Positions 14,168-24,308 of a stretch of DNA of 64,000 bases are shown here, one piece after another (position 1 is the stretch's first letter; every line of letters begins with the position of its first letter). Position numbers and translations under genes: made by a program. Below the pieces are notes generated by a model. It was not told the DNA's origin and did not search any database. It was given only the letters and a program-made list of their open reading frames with translations. The DNA is from Plasmodiophora brassicae (Eukaryota), in the NCBI GenBank assembly GCA_036867785.1, contig CP145418.1, positions 62,001 to 126,000 of the forward strand, given 5' to 3'.

Positions 14168-15098
14168 CGTTGCTTCGCGTGTGATCAACCGTTCGGTCGT
14201 CGACGAATTAACTGACTGGCCTGAATCAGGCGTAACGTGGACGCGACGTCGGAGAGTAATGGGCAAGAATCTGCCAGGGGCCGGTTGCCGAGGAGTACTA
14301 CAATTGCACTGCTAGGCGGTCGTCAGCCCCTCATTGTTCCCCCCGTATAGTGAACCCTGTAGGATGACCTTGAGGATGCGCGATACGGCACAGGCCAGGC
14401 CTCCACTGATGACTGACGCCCTCCTGGGTACCCAGCCGTGGTTGGTCGGATGCGGATTGCATGCCTGACATGCTGGATCCTGGTCCCGTCCATTCGTGAG
14501 AGCATGCATTCAACAGCAGAAAGACCCATACTCGTTGACGTACCGCAACGTCGTCATTGTCCGAAGTGGACGAGCGCTCACTCCTCGCGAGGGCCGCCGA
14601 CGAATCCCGCGGCACCATGCAGGGTGGCTGAATCATCAAGGTGCGCTCCCTCATGTTCCCGCAAACCTGCTACAACGCCGGTGCTGACACGAACCACCAG
14701 AGCAGCAGCGCGTGGTCATATACCTGGACAGTGGGTATGGGTCTTTCTGCTGTTGAATGCATGCTCTCACGAATGGACGGGACCAGGATCCAGCATGTCA
14801 GGCATGCAATCCGCATCCGACCAACCACGGCTGGGTACCCAGGAGGGCGTCAGTCATCAGTGGAGGCCTGGCCTGTGCCGTATCGCGCATCCTCAAGGTC
14901 ATCCTACAGGGTTCACTATACGGGGGGAACAATGAGGGGCTGACGACCGCCTAGCAGTGCAATTGTAGTACTCCTCGGCAACCGGCCCCTGGCAGATTCT
15001 TGCCCATTACTCTCCGACGTCGCGTCCACGTTACGCCTGATTCAGGCCAGTCAGTTAATTCGTCGACGACCGAACGGTTGATCACACGCGAAGCAACG

Positions 15099-16669
15099 AT
15101 GCCAAAGTTGCAGGTGTTCGCATCGAAGGTCAGGCGCTGCGTCGTCGACGTCGCCGGCCGCGTCCTGGCCTCGACGACGACGTGCCCAGCTGCGTCCAGC
15201 GTCGCCGACGCAGGCGCCCGTATCATTGCAGGGATGAGGGCGCCCGTCCTGCTCCGCCTGTATAAGGTTCGCGCTGCCAGCCTCGGGATCGGACCACAGC
15301 GACGCCTGACACGCACGTTGCAGATGGCGAAGCAGACGTGGTCGCGCGCGAACGCAGACGCGTTTCGCCCGTTCTACCCCGACGGTACGTCGCAACCCCA
15401 ACGCCGTTAGCATCCAGTCGACGCTGACGACCTGGTCAATGCGTTCCAGACGCCACACCCTCCGGTCCTGCCGATGTGCATTCGACGTCGTCGCAGGCCT
15501 GCAAGGTCGAGACCGTCGCCCTGGCATCGCAGGCGACGGCGAACGCGATGTCCTCGCGCTCGTGCCCGCCCGACAGCCGCGCCTGTACGGATCGACACGA
15601 GAGCATGCCCTTGGCGCCGGGTCAGGACGACGTCCCGATGCGCACAGCAGGATCGCCCTTCGTCGTCGCGATGCCGAAAGACCTGGGGCGTGTCGTGATG
15701 CGCACGATTGTTCGTGCCCAGTCGCCTCAAATCGAGTACGTTGATCATGAGCCGGCCGCCTTGCTGCTCGCCGTGAGCAAGGGAGACGACCAGAGGGTGT
15801 CCCCACGATCGTGCCCGCCCGACAGCCGCGCCTGTACGTATCGGCACGAGAGCATGCTCTTGGCGCCGGTTCAGGACGACATCCCGATGCGCACCGCAGG
15901 CTCGCCCTTCGTCGTCACGGTGCCGAAAGACCTGGGACCTGTCGTGACGCGCACGATCGTTCGTGTCCGGTCGCCCGTCATCGACCACGTTGATCATGAG
16001 CCGGCCGCATTGCTGCTCGCCGAGAACAAGGGAGTCGACACGGTGACGGGCCCGCTGCCAGCGGCGGCGACGACGACGACGTGCGCGGAGCAGGAAGACG
16101 CGCCGGTGCAGGACGACGTCCCGATGCGCACATCAGGCTCGCCCATCGTCGTCACGGTACCGAAAGACCTGGGGCGTGTCGTGACGCGCACGATCGTTCG
16201 TGTCCAGTCGCCCCAAATCCAGTACGTTGATCATGAGCCGGCCGCCTTGCTGCTCGCCGTGACCACGGGGGTCGACCCAGCGACGGGCCCGCTGCCAGCG
16301 GCGACGACGACAACGACGACGACAAGCGCTGAGCGGGAAGAGAAGCGCCCCGGCGAGAGTATTCATTCGTCGACACGCGGTGCCTGGGCTCCCGATTGCG
16401 GCACGGAATTCGATGATATCGTCGCCGAGCTCACGATCCTGATCCCGCCAGGAACCTCCTGGTACGACGCGACCGTGGAGGAGGAGCAGGGACGGGGCCA
16501 GGATCGCGGCGCGCCTCGCCGGCCGCCAGTGCAGGGAGACCGGCGACGACGTCCTCGGCACAAGCGGCGGCAGGAGGACAGGCCAGCAGGGAACACAGGC
16601 AAGGGCCGCAATGTGTGGACACGCGGGCCGAAACCACCAGTTCGTGCTGCACCACTGGGCCGAGCGTGA
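15099..16669 (+). CDS. Hypothetical repeat protein, right palindrome copy (3 internal repeats); intron 15385-15449
   Basis: ATG at 15099. Intron GTACGT...TTCCAG (65 bp, CTGAC branch-like site) joins exon 1 in frame to the 397-aa ORF. The frame stays open in both diverged copies. Confidence 0.62.
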
Positions 16670-17059
16670 ATACAACCGTTCCGTTGCACACACACACATA
16701 CACTGATATGGTCCTGACAACGACGTGTGGCGGACAGAGTCTATCAATATTTGTGCAACTGGTGTGTAGGTGGATATGGTACCGACTACCTCGGCACCAT
16801 GCACGGTCGGTCAGACCCGGCAGAGACGTCAGCGGGTTCGTGGTCGTCGACAACGCCGTCAGAGGTTTCGTGGAGCCAGCTCACTGGCGGGACGATAACA
16901 CGCTTTGCTGATCGTCGGTCGTGCCACAGCAGCCACCAGCATGAGGTCGATACGTCGGCCGATCAGATGATCTGAATGATGTCATAGGGAATATGAACCG
17001 GAACACGGAACGTTCGTTGTCAAGCCTGTCGGGGGATCCTCCTCGTCGCAGCAACCGGG

Positions 17060-18287
17060 ATGTGCCGCCGCGGACTTCGCGCAGTCCGTGACGGCTGCCA
17101 GCGCGATCCGCTGCTGACGATCGCCGCCTCCGCCATCGCCTATATGGGCCTGGTGGATCCTCCCGCCTGGCACGGCCTGCCTGACACCAGTCCGCTGTCC
17201 TATGTCGACCAGATGATATTGGCGCCGATGGTCCGCGTCGGCACCCTGCCGATGCGCATTCTGGCGCGACGCTATGGGGCCACCATCGTCTACTCCGAGG
17301 AGATCATTGATCGCAAGCTGTCATCGTGTACGAGGTACGCCGCTCCAGATGGACGCGTCGAGTACCGGTGCACGCGTGAGGGGCCTCACCAACCCGTCCT
17401 CGTGACCTACCCCGGTGAGCGCCTTGTTCTACAGATCGGCACGAACGATGCTATTCGGGCGTTGTCCAGCGTCGAAGTCGCCCATCAGGACATTCGTGCC
17501 GTCGACATCAACATGGGGTGTCCGAAGGCATTCTCGCTGCAGGGCGGCATGGGAGCCGCTCTGCTCACGAAGCCCGACCTTGTGCACGACATCGTCAGCA
17601 CGCTGCGCCGCAACGTGACCGCCATGCCCGTCACCTGTAAAATCCGCCTCCTGGAGTGCGAGAGGCAGACCGTCGAACTCGCTCGCCGTATCGAGAAGGC
17701 CGGCGCCATGGCCCTGGCTGTGCATTGCCGTTATGTCGCCGACCGGGACCGCTACAAGTCGCTGCCCGACCTTGTGCGACCCATCGTCGATGCCGTCGAC
17801 ATCCCCGGTACGTTGCCGCCGGCGCATTGCCTGTCGTCGACACGTGTCTTACGTCCGTTCGCTGCGCTGCTGTTCAGTAATCGTCAACGGCGACGTGTTC
17901 ACGTACGAGGATATCGCGCGCATACGGGAGCGCACGGGCGCCCATTCGGTGATGATTGCGCGTGGGGCCCAGTGGAACCCGTCCGTGTTCCGGAAGGACG
18001 GCCCGGTTCCCGTCTGGGATGTCATGTCCGAGTACCTCCAGCTATGCCAGACCGTCGGCAACACGTTCGCCAACAGCAAGTACACGCTGATGCAGATGAA
18101 GGCGTCGCACTGCCCGAAACCCATGAGCGCGTACGTCAATCGCACCAAGACGTTCGACGCCCTGCGCGCTGACCTGCTCGAGCTGAAAACCGTGCCCGCC
18201 CTGTCCGGGCCGTACTCGCCACCGATCACGCTCATCGAGAGGGACCAGATGGATCCGCCGCTCAAGAAGCAGAAACGGTCACGCTAG
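17060..18287 (+). CDS. DUS2: tRNA-dihydrouridine synthase, DUS2-like (start may be 17144); one intron ~17807-17877
   Basis: ILAPMVRVGTLPMRILARRYGATIVYSEEIIDRKL, LQIGT, DINMGCPKAFSLQGGMGAALL, TCKIR, AVHCR, VIVNGD, MIARGAQWNPSVF. Confidence 0.92.
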
Positions 18288-18416
18288 GCGGTGGTTGGTT
18301 CCCGGCTGTGCCGCTGCCGGGCGTGCGGCTGTCGCTGTCGATACGCGCCATCGTGGAAATCGCCAGCATTGTCGTTCAATATATATAGTGACGAACTCGT
18401 CCAGGCTCACTCGTCG

Positions 18417-20447
18417 TCATGTTGCGGTTGCTGATTGGATTGCGGGTACCGGCGCGGCCGTATGCGATGGCGGCGCTGCCTTTCGTATCGCGACTTGCTG
18501 GTCGGCCTCCCGCAGCAAGGCCTTCGCGCTGACGATGGCGGGGTCGCTGTAGAACGGCGATTCTCTGGGGATGTCGTTCAGGACCCGCTCTAGAGTTCGT
18601 CGCACGTTGATGACCCGGTCAGAGGCCAGGGCCGTCATGGGCGCCAGGAAGTGCAGACGGAACCTCATGGGCGGGATCGTCCCCAGCAGCGACTGGCACA
18701 GCAGAGCGAACAGCTGCCGGTCATGGCAGGCCGATGCCGACGCCAGCGCCAGGCAATCGGACAGGAGCTCGTCGTACGCCTCACCGGAACACTGCATCAG
18801 CAGTGGGCCGACCGCCTGCAGAGCGGCCTTCCGAACCGCGGCCACCCTGTCGTGCAGGAGTTGCAGGGCAAGAGCAATTACGGTCGTGTACAGCGCGTCG
18901 GACGTGAGCATGGACGACAGGTCGACGAGCTGCCCCGCTAACTGCCAGCGAAACCTAACGGACACGCATAAGCCGCACCAGCGGAAGGGGGCGTTCGCGC
19001 GCGACAACGCACCTCCAGTTGTGGTTCGTCTCGCGCTGGATCTCCCACAGCATGTCAACATGGCGCAGGCGGGCCTGGGGCGACATGGCGCGCAGCACGT
19101 CGGCCACAGTGGCCACGATGCCCGCGCGCACCTCTTCCAGGTCCTTGAAGAACAGTCCAAAGTACTCGGCCAGGACCGCGTCCGTCAGCTCGGGGCCGAG
19201 GACCCGCGCGACCGCATGCAACGAGTAGGCCAGCGTGCGTCGCACCTTGAACTTCGGGTCGTGGCACAGCGACAGGTACGCGACCGACACTTCAGGCCAG
19301 CGCCCGCTGCCGATGCGCGCAATGACGGCTGGCGAACCAGTAAACGTTAGCGCGACGGTTGACCCGGTACCTCACACCGACCTGGGAAGTCGAAGGCGCA
19401 CGCGAAATTGGCGTCGTTGTCGCTGGCGTCGTGCGGCAGGGTCGGTATGCGCGTGTAGAGCGACAGGAGGTCGGCGTCGATGGCCTCGGCCGGCAACCGG
19501 TACAGGAACTGGCCCAGCGACAGGTGCGCCTGGTTACGCACCCACCTGGACGCGTCGTCGCAGGCGCGGACCATGACGGGGATGAAGATCGCCCGGTCCA
19601 CGAGGCAGTCGGCAACGGCGTTGATCGCCTGTATGGCAGCCTGTCGGACGCTCCAGATAGGATCCTTGGCCAGCGCCTCGACGACGGGTGGCAGCAGGTT
19701 CGCCGTGTCGGTCGGCAGCCTGCCAGCGGCCGCGTCGGCGAGCGCCACGGCGACGCCCTTCCGGACGCGGAACGACGCATCGGCCAGCAGCGACGGCAGG
19801 AGGTCGGTGAAGATCGCGCGCGCGTCACCAGGCGCAACCCAACGGGCCAGGCGCAGGACGAGCTGGGCGCCGGTGGCGCGCAGGTCGTCGGCGGTCTGCG
19901 CGATCAGGGCGCGTGCAACGGGCACCAACTCTCGCCAGCACTCCCTGTCGGACAGGTACTGTGAGATGAGCAGGGCCGCGTCGATGGCCCCTTGGCGCAC
20001 GTCGACGTCCGTGTCCGCCAGCAGCGTCGACACGGTCGGGATGCACGAGGCCGACGCCGACGACAGGACCAGGAGGCGTTGCAGGTGCGGCAGTTCGGTG
20101 CACAACGATACGCGCACGGACGATTCCGGGTCGCATGCGATGCGGCCCAGGCGTGGGATAATACGCGCCGTCAGGTCGGGTGGCGGCAGCGACGCCGACA
20201 GGTGCGCCAGGCGCCGGACGCACAGCAATCGTTGGGCGTCAATCTCCGACTGCACCAGCGCGTCGAACCGGTCCAGCTCGGACAGCGACGGGTCGACAGC
20301 TACGGAATCATCGCACACGACACGTTCAGGGGTCGTCGTCGACGACGGGCGGGCCACCGCACACATACACTGACCGTCGTCCTGCACGCCCGTCAACGTC
20401 ACCTGGTCAGACGTCACCACGACCGAGAGCACCGACGGCGCTGCCAT
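18417..20447 (-). CDS. PPP4R1: HEAT-repeat Ser/Thr phosphatase 4 regulatory subunit 1-like protein, spliced
   Basis: Multiple HEAT repeats (DASFRVRK, DPIWSVRQA, DASRWVRNQA), ACAFDFP and DPKFKVRRTLAYSLHAVARVLGPELT, typical of PP4R1. Confidence 0.8.
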
Positions 20448-20551
20448 ATCCGGGTTCGGACTCGGCGTGCGCCAACGCCGTCCGCCGTGCGAACAACAAC
20501 AGCGCCGCGCGTCGCTCTATCCCCCCGAACTGTCGATCGCTGCGGGCGAAT

Positions 20552-20576
20552 CCCCCCCCCCCCCCCCCCCCCCCCC
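20552..20576. repeat. Poly-C homopolymer (25 nt)
   Basis: Directly visible run about 100 bp upstream of the PPP4R1-like start codon. Confidence 0.95.
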
Positions 20577-20755
20577 TCAGTCCGCCCGGCGAATTTTGCT
20601 CGCCTCGGTGTGATGGCCGCCATTTTTCGGGAACGACGGCTCTGGGCGGGGCCAAGCCCGGCCGCCCGCCCAAAATAGGGTCTGCCAGTGCACGACTGCA
20701 GCTACCACCACCAGTCTGACGGCGGGCCCAGCAGAGTGATCAGTAAAATGGCGGG

Positions 20756-23049
20756 TCAGGTTCGTGGTAGGGAGGCGCCCCAGGTGGTCGTGCCCACGCT
20801 GGAGGTCGTCGTGTGCGCCCCTTGGTTGAACTTGTCGCGCGCGACGCCACCTCGCGCCTCCACGTGCCGGATGTACTTGTCGATCGGGGACGTCCGCGGC
20901 ACGGACGCGATCGTCTGGACGGACGTCGCCGTGCTGAAGTACGACGGCGGCGGCAGGGACGACAGGTCGTGGGCGCCCCGGGTCATGAACGCGCGCTGCG
21001 TGTACTGGAGCGTGTGGCGCCGGCGCCCCCAGTACGTGACAGCGATGGCAGTAAACGCAATGACGAAGGCGGCGATGAAGACCATGAGGACGATCACTTT
21101 CGCATCAACTGCCAGCGGCGGCGACGACGACGCTTGCGACAGCGGCTCTGCGGTACGTGGGCGCGCGGATGACGTCGTACCCCTCCCCAGGTGGCGTTGC
21201 TGACGACGCGCGCGGCGATGTCAGGGCCAGATCGGCGATGGCGTGTATGGCAGGCATCGCTTACCGTCTGCACCTGCCTCATCGTGGACCTGGTCGGAAT
21301 GGCCATGCCGGACGGGGCGGCGCGCTACCAAACGTCGTCACGTCAGCAACGGGCCCGACCCACGCAGGGAGCGACCGTGGGCGTACGCTGGGCGACCGCA
21401 GAGCCCCGCCGCCACGACCCAACGTCGACATTAGCGGGGCCGCTGCCGAAGATGCGGGCGTCGAAGCAGGCGCGGCAGTACCGGGTGCGGGTACGGGCGT
21501 GGCCACCGGTGCGGGTACGGGCGTGGCCACCGGTGCGGGTTTGCTGCGCACGACGGTTGGTGGCACGGGCGTGCGCCCGGGCGTCGGTGCAGGTGTCGGC
21601 CCGAGTGTCGGTGCACGTGTAGGCCCGAGTGTCGGTGCGGCCGTCGGTGCGGCCGTCGGTGCTGGAGTGGGTGCCGGAGTGGGTGCCGGTGTCGGTGCGG
21701 GAGTGGGTGCCGGAGTTGGTGCGGGAGTGGGTGCCGGCGTCGGTGCGGGAGTGGGTGCGGGAGTGGGTGCCGGAGTTGGTGCGGGTGTCGGTGCGGGCGT
21801 CGGTCTCGGAGTGGGTGCGGGCGTCGGCCTCGGAGTGGGTGCCGGAGTGGGTGCGGGCGTCGGCTTCGGAGTGGGTGCGGGCGTTGCTACCGACATTCAC
21901 ACGTGAGTATCGCCGGACGATGTCGCGCCGGCTGCAGGTGCAAGGGACACACGCGGGGAGCAATATGGCAATCCAGACGGGTACAGGTAGGCGCCCTGAG
22001 GCGGGGCGTACGGGATGCAGGTCAGCGACGACATGCCCGTGTCCATTGTGATGCCCCTGAACGGGTGCACGCCCCGAATCAGCAACAAGGTCGCGTACGT
22101 TGCCATGCGCGCGGACGGACTCGTAGGATGCGGACCCCATCACGTTCATCATGGCGAACAGGTTCACAGGTAACGACACCAGCTGGGCGTTGTCGTACAG
22201 AGCCCTATGACGAACGCCAACACGTTAATCGGCAGTCGAGCACGGCAGCGTTGTCCCACGACGCCCGACAACGTGTTCAGTGTGCCGGCCACAACGTCGA
22301 ACGTGTGGTCGCCAACCGATTGCAGTACGTTGTTGTTCAGGTATCTGCCCACGTCGGTCAGCGCGATGGTGTCAGCTGAGGGCAGGCCCGTCTGACTGAC
22401 ATGGCCGCCAGGGAATACATGCCGACGAAGGCATTCTGCGTCAGTGACACGATCTTGTTATCGTTCAGGTACCTATGGAGACCGCAGGTGTCCACACGTC
22501 AGGCGGCGGTCGCCTCGTCGACCACGAACGGGGACGTACAGGGCCTGGACGCCCGAGAACGAACCCAGGGCGCCGTCGTTGATGCCGGTGATGTCGTTGC
22601 CGTTCAGGGCCCTGCGCGCCCCCGCGTGCTCAGTGTGCGCAAACGCAAAGCAGCAATGAGAAAACGGTGTACAGGACTTGGATGGCGCCCAGGTTCGACA
22701 GCCCGGCCCACCAGGACGAGTCGACGTTCCCTGTGGAGACACACTCGCCGATGAGTCGCGTGCGCGGGTCGCGTGTCGCTGCTGATCAACCGCATCCCGA
22801 CCGCTGATCAGGGATCCCTGCGTGGGGAACTCGCTGCAGGGGGAGGGACGCACGGGTCAGTGAATCCGCTCCCGGGCCACGCGCGCCAAGCCGACACACG
22901 AACAAGGTCGTCGCCGTGCAGGCATTGGGGAGCGTTGCGGCGACGCGCTGGCAAAGGTTGTCGCCCCGGACCCCGGTGCACATGATGAGCACGACGACGG
23001 CCATGGCAGTCGCCTGCCGGTTCGGCCTTCGGCGGCGGCGGCTCGACAT
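20756..23049 (-). CDS. Type I membrane protein: signal peptide, leucine-rich repeats, PTPA mucin-like stalk, TM helix, short cytoplasmic tail; multi-exon
   Basis: Hydrophobic N-terminus ([15 protein letters not shown]); LRR-like [30 protein letters not shown]; (PTPA)n tract; [25 protein letters not shown] followed by GRRR. In-frame GT-AG introns were found between stalk and TM. Confidence 0.75.
21590..21890 (-). repeat. 12-bp coding tandem repeat encoding (PTPA)n
   Basis: Repeated GGAGTGGGTGCC/GGCGTCGGTGCG units on the + strand. Confidence 0.95.
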
Positions 23050-23234
23050 CTCCCGTCCAGGCTGCACGAACCGAGACAAATATCTCGGGGTTCAAGAACA
23101 ACCTCACCCGGGGACGGGCGAATCTCGTGTGTACAAACGTGTTGAGGACCGGGTCAGCTCCTGATGCACCCCCACGATTCTCGCTGTGCCACGCGAGCCA
23201 TTCGCTGACGTCGCCCCCGCCCATTGCGTTCGAT

Positions 23235-24127
23235 TTATATACACAGTGTAAATAGATCGAGTACGGAACGGCCGCACTCGTGGTGGTGCTCTGGTCGTAC
23301 CGGCTGCTGACACGGATCAGGTAGCGGATTCGGCTGTCCAGCAGGGGACGCACGTCGGCGTCGTCGCGCCCGTTCGCGGTCGACGCACGAATCGCCCCTG
23401 CCCGTGTTCACGCACCGCTGGCAGGGCCGATTGCGATCGCACCGCAGCTTGTGTTTGCTGTTTGCCAGCCATTCGTCAGTGAGCGCCCACCATCCAGCAG
23501 CGGCACGATTACTGACCTGCAGTGGACGCAGGCAACCCTGGTGTTGTACCGAGCATGCTTGGGAACGCGGGCGGCGGCCGCTGCCACTGGATCCTTGACC
23601 AGGGACCCAGCAACGGGTATGTGACAACCTGTGGAGGCTGGTTGCCCTTGCCGTTCGACGTCAGGAGCAGGTTGGTGGGGTCGCTGAGGCACCGGCGCCT
23701 CGCATCGTGGAGCCGGGTCGGACGCCTGGCAGCACCGGGCACGCTTCGCAGGTCGAGGCTGCGTGATGGCGACCAGGGGATCCTTCGCGATCGTCGCGAT
23801 GCTACTGACGTCGTCCTCGGCGGCAGACGCCCGGTGACGCTTCCCGGCGCGCGATCTGCAGTCGACATTAGGGCACCGCGCATACAATGGGCGCTGGTCG
23901 CCGGGGACGTACGGCAGCACCGGATCGTCCAGCAGAAGCTCGGCCCAGTGCTCGGTCGGGTCCCCGGCTAGGCACAGGGCGAACGGCGTCATCGCGTAGT
24001 CGAGGAGGCGCACCGGGGACGGGTCCCGGATGGGCGCGCGCAACGCGTCCATCGTCATCAGGTCGTCGAGGCCAGGCAGGCGCACCCAGACGAGCAGGTC
24101 GTCGTCCTGGATGCACTCGCTCGACAT
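23235..24127 (-). CDS. Zn(II)2Cys6 binuclear-cluster transcription factor-like protein; intron 23458-23516
   Basis: Splicing gives ACVHCSKHKLRCDRNRPCQRCVNTGRGDSC, i.e. C-x2-C-x6-C-x5-C-x2-C-x8-C, followed by basic RERARRRRR. Confidence 0.8.
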
Positions 24128-24308
24128 CGTGTCTTAAACAACTACTGTTACCGGACAGTCGGCCGGCCGGTACCTGAATATCTACGCGTGCCAGACCCGT
24201 ACCCTAACGGCCCGGCCGAACCCCAGCGGCAGTCCAGCGAACGTTCGCCCGGTGGAGGGGGGCGCCATCCTGATGACCTATATTCATATACGTATGGTGC
24301 TGCGTCGT

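Larger units (their letters stand above)
12741..16791. repeat. Large inverted duplication (palindrome): left arm ~12741-14531, spacer 14532-14734, right arm 14735-~16791
   Basis: Mirror ORF pairs translate identically (14312-14509/14757-14954, 13950-14315/14951-15316, 13856-14266/15000-15410). Inner arms 13550-14531 and 14735-15716 look identical where compared. Outer arms are similar but diverged, and the right arm has a 249-bp extra repeat unit. Confidence 0.97.

Noticed and set aside
14532-14943. ORF-like sequence in the palindrome spacer running into the right arm (possible recombinase or transposase remnant)
   Set aside because: It contains an in-frame stop and has no recognisable catalytic motif, so it cannot be called an enzyme or pseudogene.
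21157-21906. (GAGV)n elastin/silk-like ORF on the + strand
   Set aside because: It is the antisense shadow of the PTPA repeat in the minus-strand LRR gene.
24148-24308. Furry ORF extending to 24148, 20 bp from the next gene's start
   Set aside because: A good GTAAGG...CAG intron shifts the frame and ends the gene at 24309. The extension is likely unspliced read-through.
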